The notes beneath the pieces are model-generated. The model ran no database searches. It saw only the letters and a program-made list of their open reading frames with translations, and was not told the DNA's origin. Positions 39,328-48,747 of a stretch of DNA of 64,000 bases are shown in pieces. Numbering within the stretch: the first letter of the stretch is position 1; each line of letters starts with the position of its first letter. The DNA comes from Candidatus Forterrea multitransposorum CG_2015-17_Forterrea_25_41 (GTDB lineage: Archaea > Iainarchaeota > Iainarchaeia > Iainarchaeales > CSSED10-239): the NCBI GenBank assembly GCA_009392915.1, contig CP045477.1:576001-640000 (forward strand), in the 5' to 3' direction. The translations under genes and the position numbers were made by a program.

Positions 39328-40398
39328 TTAAACACTATCAATATCAAGATCCATACCTTTTAGATCATCTGAATTATATCCTTCTTCAAGATAAGGAATA
39401 TGAGCACCTGCAATTACAACCATAACTTTTACTTTTTTATTTGCAAGGTTATCATCAATCATAGCACCCCAAATAATATGAGCATCTTCATTTATTTTAG
39501 AAGCTACAGTATCAACAATAAGCTCAGATTCTTTAATTGTTAAATCAGAACCACCAATTACATTTACTAAAGCTTTCTTTGAGCTTGTAATATCAATATC
39601 AAGTAAAGGAGAAGTTAATGCATTTTCAACAGCTTCCATTGCTCTTGAATCATTACCTTTTTCAATATTTGATTCTCCAACACCAATCATTGCCATTCCA
39701 CCTTTTGAAAGAATCGTTCTAAGATCTGCAAAATCAAGATTAATTATTCCTGATTTTGTAATAAGCTCAACTATACCTTTTACACTTTCAGTTAAGATTT
39801 TATCAACTTCTTGGAAAGCAACATTTAATGGAAGATCTGGAGCAATTTCTAAAATTTTATCGTTTGGAATTATTATTAAAGTATCAACTTCTTTTTTTAA
39901 TTTATCAAGGCCTGCAAGAGCGTTTTCAATTCTTTTTTTACCCTCTACAGCAAATGGTAAAGTTGCAACTCCAATTGTTAAAGAACCTTGTTCTTTTGCA
40001 AGTCTTGCAACAACAGGTGCAGCACCAGTTCCTGTTCCACCACCAAGACCACAAGTTACAAATACTAAATCTTTTCCTTTAATTAAATCTATAAGTTCAT
40101 CTTTTGATTCCTCTGCAGCAGAAGCACCAACATCTGGATTTGATCCAGCACCTAAACCTTTTGTTGTTTTTTTACCAATTAATATTTTTTTATCAGCATT
40201 AACTCTTATTAAAGCTTGAGCATCTGTGTTTAAAGCAATTGTAAAAGCTCCTTCAACACCAATATTTGTTAATCTTTCAATAGTGTTGTTACCGCTACCA
40301 CCAGCACCAATAACACATATTTTTGGTAAAGATGCATTTAAAAATTCTTCAAGTTCTGCATTGGTTTGTTGATTGTTATCCAAGATAATCCACCTCAT
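39328..40398 (-). CDS. ftsZ: Cell division GTPase FtsZ
   Basis: It has the tubulin signature GGGTGTGAAPVVA and the T7 loop. Confidence 0.85.
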   Translation of the reverse strand: MRWIILDNNQQTNAELEEFLNASLPKICVIGAGGSGNNTIERLTNIGVEGAFTIALNTDAQALIRVNADKKILIGKKTTKGLGAGSNPDVGASAAEESKDELIDLIKGKDLVFVTCGLGGGTGTGAAPVVARLAKEQGSLTIGVATLPFAVEGKKRIENALAGLDKLKKEVDTLIIIPNDKILEIAPDLPLNVAFQEVDKILTESVKGIVELITKSGIINLDFADLRTILSKGGMAMIGVGESNIEKGNDSRAMEAVENALTSPLLDIDITSSKKALVNVIGGSDLTIKESELIVDTVASKINEDAHIIWGAMIDDNLANKKVKVMVVIAGAHIPYLEEGYNSDDLKGMDLDIDSV

Positions 40399-40504
40399 AA
40401 ATAAATAAATATATTATTATATAATAAGTATAATATTATATATTATAGTGAGGAAACCTTTAAATATAATATGGTTAACCTATTTTTATGAAAGGTGAAT
40501 AAAA

Positions 40505-41407
40505 ATGATATATGAAAACGTAAAAAATGTTGCAAAAGGAATAAAAGAGATAAAAATTCAAGGTGCAAGTAATATTGAGCTTGAAGCAATAAAGGCTATT
40601 AAAGAATATATTTATGAAACTAAAAAGCTTGGAGAAGAATTAATTGAAGAAACAAAAGAAAACATTAATCATTTAGTTGTTCAAAGACCAAATGAACCAA
40701 AGCTTAGAAACTCATTAAACTATATTTTTCAAGAAGTTAAAAAACATCCACATAATACTGAGGAAATTGAAAAAGAAATTGAAAAATATCAAGAAAAAAC
40801 AGAAATTGGAAATGAAAAAGTTTCTGAAATGGCATCTCAAATGATTACAGATGGATCTAAAATTTTAACACATTGCCATTCAACTTTAGTTGAAAATGCT
40901 TTTAAAAAAGCATATGACAAAGGAATTGATTTTCAAGTATTCTGTACAGAAACAAGACCTAGATACCAAGGAAGAATAACTGCTAAAAATCTATCAGATT
41001 ATGGAATTAAGACAACAATGGTGACTGATGCTTCAGTTACACATTATCTTAAAGGAATAGATTATTTTTTCACAGGTGCAGATGTTATTTTTTCTGATGG
41101 AACAATAATGAATAAACTTGGAACTCATGCAATTAGTATTGCAGCAAAAGAATTTAAGACAGAACATATAGTTCTTACAACTACACATTGTGTTGAAGCA
41201 AACGATCTTTTATCCTTTGTTCAAGAAATTGAAGAAAGATCTGAAGATGAAGTTTGGGAAAAAGAAAATAGACCAGTTAATTTAAAGATTAAAAATCCTG
41301 CTTTTGATATTGTTCCAAATGATCTTATTGGAAAATTTATAACAGAAGAAGGAGTATTTTCTCCAGAAACACTTTCATTCTGGGTTAATCAATTCCAAAG
41401 AAAATAA
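40505..41407 (+). CDS. eIF-2B alpha/beta/delta-family protein (translation initiation factor 2B subunit or ribose-1,5-bisphosphate isomerase)
   Basis: It has ILTHCHSTLVENAF...VFCTETRP..QG...GADVIFSDGTIMNKLGTH, which are e2b2-family motifs. Confidence 0.6.
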   Translation: MIYENVKNVAKGIKEIKIQGASNIELEAIKAIKEYIYETKKLGEELIEETKENINHLVVQRPNEPKLRNSLNYIFQEVKKHPHNTEEIEKEIEKYQEKTEIGNEKVSEMASQMITDGSKILTHCHSTLVENAFKKAYDKGIDFQVFCTETRPRYQGRITAKNLSDYGIKTTMVTDASVTHYLKGIDYFFTGADVIFSDGTIMNKLGTHAISIAAKEFKTEHIVLTTTHCVEANDLLSFVQEIEERSEDEVWEKENRPVNLKIKNPAFDIVPNDLIGKFITEEGVFSPETLSFWVNQFQRK

Positions 41408-41450
41408 TTGTTTTATTTATAAAAAGAATTTTTCTTTTTATTTTTTTAAT

Positions 41451-43877
41451 TTAGAAAAAATCATTTAAACCTTTCTGTTTTTTACCAGTTACAAGCTCAT
41501 CTTTTGAAATATTAAAAACTTCAAAAATAGAAACTACAGAAGGTAATAACTGATTTTCAAGATAATAATTAGTATCATAATCATAATCATTTTCTTCTTT
41601 GTAAAGTCTTGCTTTATCAGAAATATTTTTAGAAGGATAATTTGTAATTATGTATTCAACTAAAGCATTTTCTGAAATCTTCTCTCCATTATTTTTAGCA
41701 TAAGATAATGCAGACATTGCAGGATTTAAAGTTTTATAATTTTTAAGACTTTTATGAACAAAAGATTGTAAAACTAATTTTTCAATAGGTATTTTTTTAT
41801 CTTCAAGAGCTTTAATAATATTTCTTACATACTCTAAAGCTTTTTTAACATCTTTATCAATTAAAAGAATATTAAATAATTCTTTTTGAGTTTCTTTTAC
41901 AAGCAAACACCAATCTCTTCTTACAAACTCAAAACCTTTAATCTTTAGAGAACCATCTTTTGAAAGAAGAGCATATTTTTTCTTAGCTCCCTTAGTTTTA
42001 TCTCTTGAAAGAACAAATAATCCAGAAGTAAAAAGACCCTCAGTTTCAAGAGACATTGACTCTGGAAGAGATTTATTTATTTTTTCAAGATCAGAATATA
42101 GTTTTTTTTCATCATTGTATTTTATAAAACAAGAATCTGTATCAGAATATATAACAGTATAACCTAAATTTTCAAAATCACTTATAGTTTCTTGAATCTT
42201 TGTCCTTACTAAATGATACATTATTTCAAGACAAGGCCTACAATACCATCTTGCACCTGCAAAACCCATGTAACCATAAGTAGATGCAAGTAATATTTTT
42301 AGAGCATATTGTTTTGCAAAAAGAGATCTGTATTCTTGAGTATCTTTTTTATAATCTTTCATTTTATTTTTAATTGAAATTCTTAGAGATAAAAAACTTT
42401 CTAAAAGTTCAGGAACAAAACCTTTTTTGTCTTTTGAAATTTTATAACCTAAAACTTCAGAATAATCTTTTGATTCAATATTAATTGTTTCAGGACTTAT
42501 GTTATATGCCATAATTAAAGAAATATGATAACTTCTAAAATCAACAACAGCAATATTTTCATGAAGTCCAACTAAAGGATCTTTTACAAAAGCACCAGTA
42601 AAACTAAACTCATATCTATTTGAAACAACTTCTGGGGTAGGTTTATTTTCAAGAAGAATATCTTTTTTAAAATAATTATAAATAAATAATTTTTCAATCA
42701 TCTGTCCTGCAGAAGTTCTTAAAGTATCATAAATTGGAGACGCTATTAATTTTGAAATTTCATTAATTATTGAAAGATAATTTATAGAAAGATAATATGT
42801 TGCAAAAACATCATCTATATTATATTCTATAATTTTTGCATAATCTTGAGAAGAATAAAGATCAATAAAATCTTTTACTTTTAAAATGATTTTTTTATTA
42901 CCAGTTATTTTTTCATAAACAGAATTAAGATCTAATTTAGAATAATTAAAGACTTGAAGATAGTTTAAAAGTCTCATTAAAATATAAGTGTCAATGTGTA
43001 TAATGCTATCTATAGATACTGAAGTATTTCCTCTTTTATGAAAAGTTAATTTTTTATTAAACTTTATATCTTGAGATTTAATTACTTTATATCTTTTATA
43101 AATATAATCAAAATCAAAACGATCTCCATTATAAGTGAATATTAAATCAGGATCTTTTTCTTCTATTCTTTTAAAAAAAGAATCAATCATTAAAGATTCA
43201 TCTGTAAAGAAATTAACTATTGTATTTTTTTCTTTAAAAGACTTATAAAAATCATCTTCATTAAAAGAAATATCTTTAAAGAAGAAAATCTCCTTATTAT
43301 AATTTTCATCCATCATACAGATGGAAATTATTGGAGAAGTTTTTGGTTTTGGAAAAGAAAGATCCTTTAAAGGTAAAACTTCAATATCAAAAGTTAAATG
43401 TTTTAAAGACTCTGGCAGAACATCTTCTAAAACTTCAAAAGAAAGTATTTTTGAACCTGTATAACTAAATTTAATTTTTTTAAAATTATTTAAAGAATGA
43501 TCAATAAAAAACCTTTGAATAAAAGGAATATCATACTCTCTTAAAGAATAAGAAGAAGATAGATTAATTTCTTTATCAAGTAAATGTGCTCTTGAAGAAA
43601 TTAATGATTCAATATCTTTAAAGATTATTTTATAAGAAAAAGAAGCGCCTTTTTTATCAGTTTTAATAATTTCTAAAATATTTTTTAAAGACTTAGAAAG
43701 TAAAATAAGATCTTTTTCTAAAAGAAGTTTATCTGAAACTAAATAGAAATATGGAGAAAAATCATAACTATAGTTTTTCTTAACACCATCATTTCCTTTT
43801 ACACTTAAAAAAAGAGAACCATCATAAAAGGCATTTATAAAAATACCTTCTGATTTTAAAATTGTATTAGACATCAT
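41451..43877 (-). CDS. polB: DNA polymerase, family B
   Basis: It has the exonuclease motif FDIEV, polymerase motif A DFRSYHIS-type, motif C YSDTDS, and KxY. Confidence 0.85.
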   Translation of the reverse strand: MMSNTILKSEGIFINAFYDGSLFLSVKGNDGVKKNYSYDFSPYFYLVSDKLLLEKDLILLSKSLKNILEIIKTDKKGASFSYKIIFKDIESLISSRAHLLDKEINLSSSYSLREYDIPFIQRFFIDHSLNNFKKIKFSYTGSKILSFEVLEDVLPESLKHLTFDIEVLPLKDLSFPKPKTSPIISICMMDENYNKEIFFFKDISFNEDDFYKSFKEKNTIVNFFTDESLMIDSFFKRIEEKDPDLIFTYNGDRFDFDYIYKRYKVIKSQDIKFNKKLTFHKRGNTSVSIDSIIHIDTYILMRLLNYLQVFNYSKLDLNSVYEKITGNKKIILKVKDFIDLYSSQDYAKIIEYNIDDVFATYYLSINYLSIINEISKLIASPIYDTLRTSAGQMIEKLFIYNYFKKDILLENKPTPEVVSNRYEFSFTGAFVKDPLVGLHENIAVVDFRSYHISLIMAYNISPETINIESKDYSEVLGYKISKDKKGFVPELLESFLSLRISIKNKMKDYKKDTQEYRSLFAKQYALKILLASTYGYMGFAGARWYCRPCLEIMYHLVRTKIQETISDFENLGYTVIYSDTDSCFIKYNDEKKLYSDLEKINKSLPESMSLETEGLFTSGLFVLSRDKTKGAKKKYALLSKDGSLKIKGFEFVRRDWCLLVKETQKELFNILLIDKDVKKALEYVRNIIKALEDKKIPIEKLVLQSFVHKSLKNYKTLNPAMSALSYAKNNGEKISENALVEYIITNYPSKNISDKARLYKEENDYDYDTNYYLENQLLPSVVSIFEVFNISKDELVTGKKQKGLNDFF

Positions 43878-43907
43878 AAAAAATCTTATAAAAAATAAAA
43901 TATTATT

Positions 43908-44558
43908 TTAAAGAATACTTGAAAAGAAATACATAATAACAAATAAAATAATTGTCATAACAATATTTCCTAAAACTTCAAAATTAAACATTTTTTTTAC
44001 AAAATGATAAAACATTAAAATATAATAAACTAATAAAGCTATTGAAAAAATAAATAATAAAATTAATCCAACAACAGCTCCTCCACCTAAATTAGGAAGC
44101 ATACCTGAATTATAGATGTAATCTGGATTTTGAATTGCCATTGACATAAAAGGAATTACTTTTGGCATAAAAATTAAAACAATTGCAAAAACAACTAATA
44201 TTGCAATAATAGAAACTATTCTAAAAGCCGCAAGAGAAGAAAGTATGTTTTTTAGTTCTCCACCTTTTAGATTATTCTTACCTTTTACAAAATAAAGTAT
44301 TAAATAAATAATTATTCCTAAAATAAACCAACTAAAAACAAAAGTTATAATTAATCTAATTGTAAAATAGGATAATACATTTGGTGACTTTAACAAAAAT
44401 AAAACTAAAGTTTCAATAAAAATTGAAATGAAAATTACAATCGCAGCAGTAGAAACATCTACTTTTTCATAAAAATGATTAATTAGTTTTTTTGGATTAA
44501 AACTAACAATTTCTTTTTCATCTTCAATTAAGTTTTTCTTTTTAAGTCTAGCAACCAT
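43908..44558 (-). CDS. Polytopic membrane protein (hypothetical)
   Basis: Five to six hydrophobic helices. Confidence 0.35.
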   Translation of the reverse strand: MVARLKKKNLIEDEKEIVSFNPKKLINHFYEKVDVSTAAIVIFISIFIETLVLFLLKSPNVLSYFTIRLIITFVFSWFILGIIIYLILYFVKGKNNLKGGELKNILSSLAAFRIVSIIAILVVFAIVLIFMPKVIPFMSMAIQNPDYIYNSGMLPNLGGGAVVGLILLFIFSIALLVYYILMFYHFVKKMFNFEVLGNIVMTIILFVIMYFFSSIL

Positions 44559-44703
44559 ATAGTATCACAATATTATTATATATAAATATATTTATATATT
44601 TATCTTTTATTTATAATATTTCAAAAAACAAACAAATAAGTATTTTAAAGACAACTATAACATTATATTATTAAATAATTCAATAAATGGAGGTTTTTTA
44701 AAT

Positions 44704-44988
44704 ATGACAAGAAATAAAGAACAAGATTTGTTAAATGAAGCTATTTATGATAAAGGAGTAACTTCTCTTGATGATGTTAAAAAAGAAAAACCTCAAAAAG
44801 TTAAAAAAAAAGCTTTAGGTTATGATGAAGGTATTTTAGACACAGTTTTTAAAAAGAAAAAAGTTGTTAAAAACCAAGCTTCTGCTCGAAAAGAAAAGAA
44901 AGAAACCTCTCTTGGAAAAAAATCTATTAATCCTTTTAATATTTTTAAGAAAAAGAAAAAAGGAGTAGCCTTTTTTAATAAACTTTAA
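44704..44988 (+). CDS. Small lysine-rich protein (hypothetical)
   Basis: ORF with a K-rich composition. Confidence 0.3.
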   Translation: MTRNKEQDLLNEAIYDKGVTSLDDVKKEKPQKVKKKALGYDEGILDTVFKKKKVVKNQASARKEKKETSLGKKSINPFNIFKKKKKGVAFFNKL

Positions 44989-45002
44989 ATTTTGAGAAAT
45001 AA

Positions 45003-45698
45003 ATGGATTTTGAAAGAAAAAAAGATGTTGAAATCTTAGAAGAGATTGTCCACAACTTAAATAATATTTCTACAAATCAAAACTTTATTATTAAAGAAAT
45101 TAATGAACATAAGTTTAAGGATGGGTTTATTATAAAAAGCAATCTTAGAAGAAAACTTATAACTCTAAATTACGAGGGCGAAAGAATAGCGCTTCTTGGA
45201 TTTACAATTAAAAACAGAAACATAGAAATCCAAAGTATACAAGGAATAAAAGGAACTACTTTTAAACACCCTTCAAATTGGCATCAATATCTTTTAACTC
45301 CTTTTATAGCATCTTGCCTTAAAGCATATCAAACTCCTCAGAGAGTTACTAAATACATTTCATTTCCAGATATTTCGTCTGGAGTTTTAGAAGGAAGAAT
45401 AAAAGAACTGAAAGGGCTTTTAGAAAAAATTAATGAGACAAATAAATCAGAGCCGAATTTTTTTGATAAAAAGAGAATTAGTTATTATACAGATAAACTA
45501 AAAACATTAAATCAAAGACTCATTATTACAAAAAAGATTAGAGACGATTATTTTACAAAAGAGGGTTTTATAAACCTTAATAAGCGCAGAGTCTCTTTAA
45601 TAGTTAATAAATATCAAGAACAAATTAATAGGTTAAAAAATAAGAAACCGCTTACAAGAATTAAAAGACTTAGAAAAAATACCATTAAAAAAAGATAA
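45003..45698 (+). CDS. Hypothetical basic protein
   Basis: ORF only. No motif was recognised. Confidence 0.35.
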   Translation: MDFERKKDVEILEEIVHNLNNISTNQNFIIKEINEHKFKDGFIIKSNLRRKLITLNYEGERIALLGFTIKNRNIEIQSIQGIKGTTFKHPSNWHQYLLTPFIASCLKAYQTPQRVTKYISFPDISSGVLEGRIKELKGLLEKINETNKSEPNFFDKKRISYYTDKLKTLNQRLIITKKIRDDYFTKEGFINLNKRRVSLIVNKYQEQINRLKNKKPLTRIKRLRKNTIKKR

Positions 45699-45815
45699 AA
45701 TTACACTTTTTTTAAAAAGAAACCTAATTTTTATGGTTAGAAAATATATTTAAATAGATAGTTATATATATTATATATAATATACTTAATTATTAATTAA
45801 AAATGGTGAAAAAAA

Positions 45816-46220
45816 ATGAGTGATTTTCAAATAAAGTTTGCCCAAGCAGGACAACTAAAAGAAAGACAATTTATTGTAATTGAAGAAACAATCTGTAGAA
45901 TTGATACTATAGATAAATCAAAACCTGGAAAACACGGAGCTGCAAAAATTAGAATGACAGCAACAGGTGTTTTTAATGATAAGAAAATGAATCTTTTAAA
46001 ACCAGCAGATGCTGATGTTGAAGTTCCAGTAATTGATAAAGGAAACGCACAAGTAATTTCTGATTCTGGAGATAAATACCAAATAATGGATGTAACAGAT
46101 TACCAAACATATGATGTTGATAAAGCTGAATTTAAGGATCTTAAAGCTGGAGATAATCTAGAATATATGAAAGCTGGACCTTTTATTAAAATTGTTAGAA
46201 AGAAAGCAGACACAGAATAA
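45816..46220 (+). CDS. eif5a: Translation initiation factor 5A (aIF-5A)
   Basis: It has the hypusine loop SKPGKHGAAKIRMT (Lys in the GKHG context) and an OB fold of about 134 aa. Confidence 0.85.
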   Translation: MSDFQIKFAQAGQLKERQFIVIEETICRIDTIDKSKPGKHGAAKIRMTATGVFNDKKMNLLKPADADVEVPVIDKGNAQVISDSGDKYQIMDVTDYQTYDVDKAEFKDLKAGDNLEYMKAGPFIKIVRKKADTE

Positions 46221-46277
46221 TTAAATTCTGTGCTTTTTTTATTTTTAAAAGAAAAAAACCTTTACTAAAAAAAAGGT

Positions 46278-47813
46278 TTATTCTTTAATTTCTATTTTTT
46301 CAAAAAGATGACCTTGTTTTTTTATGGTTTTTCCTTCCATAGTGTTAGTGAAAGCTAACCTCTTATGTCCAAGATTACTCTCATCCAAACCTAGTTGTGA
46401 AAAAATTTCTGTCCATTTTCTTGTAAGAATAGGAGATAACTCTAAAGCAAGTATCCTTATAGACTCTAAAAGAACATACATTACTTGATCAAACTTTTCA
46501 AGATCTTCTTTTAAAAGATCCCAAGGTTTGTTGTCTTGAACATATTTATTTAAAGCATATGACATTTGTAAAATTTCATTAATTGCTTTAGATAATTCAT
46601 ATTCTTTATAATGATTATGAATTATTTGTATCTTTGATTCAATCTCTTCTGCAAAAGAATCTTTAAAGAAATTAAATCCATTTTCTTTATTTCTTTTTTC
46701 AGCTAAAGTAACAACTCTTGATAAAAGATTACCAATACTTGAAACAAGATCACTATTTACTCTTTCAACAAAGCTTTTCTTTGAAAATTGACCCTCATCT
46801 CCAAAAGGCATTTCTTTTACTATATAATATCTATAAATATCTGAACCAAACTTTTCAATATACTCTTCAGGATAAACTACATTTCCAAAAGATTTAGACA
46901 TTTTCTTTCCTTCAGACATCCACCAGCCATGAGCAAATTCTTGTTTTGGAAGAGAAACATCTATTGATTTTAAAAAGATAGGCCAATAGATTGCATGAAA
47001 CCTAGAAATATCTCTACCCATTAATTGAAAGTCAGGAGGCCAATATTGTTTAAATTTTTCAGAATCACTTCCACCTAAAGCAGAATAATAATTAAACAAA
47101 GCATCAAGCCAAACATATATGGTATGTTCTTTATCAAAAGGAAGTTCTATACCCCAAGGCACTTTTTCTTTGTGTCTTGAAATACATAAGTCTTCAAGAC
47201 CGTTTTTAATAAAAGAAACAAATTCATTTTTATTTGATTCTGGAGAAAGAAACTTAGGATTATCTTCAATATATTTTAAAAGCCAGTCTTGATATTTTGA
47301 AAGTTTAAAAAAATATGCATCTTCGTGTTCTATTGTAACTTCATGACCAATAGGGCATTTATTTTCAGAAACATCTTTATCTGTAAAAAAAGATTCACAT
47401 CCTTTACAATAATATCCTTTATAGCTACCTTTATAGATATCTCCTTTTTCAAACATTTTTTGTGCAATTTCTTGCACTGTTTTTTTATGTTCTTTATCAG
47501 TTGTTCTGATAAAATAATCATAAGAGATATCTAAATCTTTCCATACTTTTTTTGTATAGTCAACTAAAGAATCAAGAAACTCTTTTGTATCTTTTTTTTC
47601 ATCTTCTGCAGCTTGTTGTACTTTTAAACCATGCTCATCAGTTCCTGTTAAATAAAAAACATCAGAACCTAAAAGACGATAGTATCTTGCAAAGATATCT
47701 GCAACCACAGTTGTGTAAGAGTGACCTAAATGGAACTTACCACTTACATAATAGATTGGTGTTGTTATATAATATTTTTTTGGAAAATCTAAATTATTCA
47801 TAATTTTAATCAC
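46278..47813 (-). CDS. metG: Methionyl-tRNA synthetase (short form without C-terminal dimerisation domain)
   Basis: It has the HIGH variant HLGHSYT, a CxxC...CxxH zinc knuckle (CKGC...CPIGH), and KMSKS (KKMSKSFGN). Confidence 0.85.
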   Translation of the reverse strand: MIKIMNNLDFPKKYYITTPIYYVSGKFHLGHSYTTVVADIFARYYRLLGSDVFYLTGTDEHGLKVQQAAEDEKKDTKEFLDSLVDYTKKVWKDLDISYDYFIRTTDKEHKKTVQEIAQKMFEKGDIYKGSYKGYYCKGCESFFTDKDVSENKCPIGHEVTIEHEDAYFFKLSKYQDWLLKYIEDNPKFLSPESNKNEFVSFIKNGLEDLCISRHKEKVPWGIELPFDKEHTIYVWLDALFNYYSALGGSDSEKFKQYWPPDFQLMGRDISRFHAIYWPIFLKSIDVSLPKQEFAHGWWMSEGKKMSKSFGNVVYPEEYIEKFGSDIYRYYIVKEMPFGDEGQFSKKSFVERVNSDLVSSIGNLLSRVVTLAEKRNKENGFNFFKDSFAEEIESKIQIIHNHYKEYELSKAINEILQMSYALNKYVQDNKPWDLLKEDLEKFDQVMYVLLESIRILALELSPILTRKWTEIFSQLGLDESNLGHKRLAFTNTMEGKTIKKQGHLFEKIEIKE

Positions 47814-48054
47814 ATCCTTTATTTTTTATAAAGGCAAAATATTTAATGTAAAAAGATAATATAAAATATTTGCCAAAGACTTTAAAAAACCTGCTTTACT
47901 TAAGAGCAGGTATCACATGGCCATAATAAAAATAGTTAGAGCTAGAGAAGAAATATTTAAAGAGCTTTTCTCTTTTAGATATATGTTTTTACCTCTAAGC
48001 ATATATATTTTATAGAAAAAAACATATTTAAAGAGATGTTAAAAAGTTTTATAA

Positions 48055-48738
48055 TTAAACATACCCTTCAATGTATGCTGTTTTTGTTTTTATAAAAAGC
48101 TTTTTGGATAATTCAGGAAAAATTAAACCTTTTTTTAATTTACACACAAATTCAAAAAGTCCAATAGCAGGATAAGGAAGCAAATTATAATGAATATTTT
48201 CAAAAATAAATCCATTTAGAAAAACAGATAGCTCAGAAAGGTAATATTCAGATAATTTTTCTAACTCATTTAAAGTAAAAGATTTATCTGAAAAAAGATT
48301 TTTAATATAATTTAAAACATAATTTCTAAAAAGAATATTAGTATTAAATTCATCAAAAATTAAACACCTGTTTTTTTTATAATCAAAAGAATTAATTACA
48401 TCTTTCCAACGAACAATAATAATTTTTTTTTGAATATCTTGCAGATATTTTGCAATGATTTTTTCACACAATCTTTTTACTTGAGATCCTTTCTTAAAAG
48501 CAGTTTTTTTAGCAGAATCTTTTGAAAGATTAAAAAATATTTCATCATTAATAGCTTGGATTTCATCTGCAATTAAAATAGCTACTTTTTCGTTTGTATT
48601 TTCTAAAGCCCAATCTAAATATCTTTTAATATGTTCTTCAGAAAAATAATTATTTCTTACACTTATTCCAATATAAATATTAAATTTTTTATTTTTAACT
48701 TCAGTTTCATTTGTTAAAAAATAATTTTTAATAATCAT
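48055..48738 (-). CDS. Putative tRNA-dependent cyclodipeptide synthase (CDPS family)
   Basis: IYIGISVRNNYFS matches the AlbC-type GIS(x2)N(x)YFS pocket with the catalytic Ser. A downstream Y-x-x-x-E (YYLSE) and a later Tyr (HYNLLPY) match the CDPS catalytic Y/E/Y. The protein is 227 aa. The AlbC comparison was made from memory. Confidence 0.45.
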   Translation of the reverse strand: MIIKNYFLTNETEVKNKKFNIYIGISVRNNYFSEEHIKRYLDWALENTNEKVAILIADEIQAINDEIFFNLSKDSAKKTAFKKGSQVKRLCEKIIAKYLQDIQKKIIIVRWKDVINSFDYKKNRCLIFDEFNTNILFRNYVLNYIKNLFSDKSFTLNELEKLSEYYLSELSVFLNGFIFENIHYNLLPYPAIGLFEFVCKLKKGLIFPELSKKLFIKTKTAYIEGYV

Positions 48739-48747
48739 TATATATAC

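Noticed and set aside
48055-48738. Considered whether the CDPS-like gene is a truncated class I aminoacyl-tRNA synthetase pseudogene
   Set aside because: It has no HIGH or KMSKS motifs and is intact at the right length for a CDPS. It is kept as a putative CDPS, and not a pseudogene, pending HMM confirmation.
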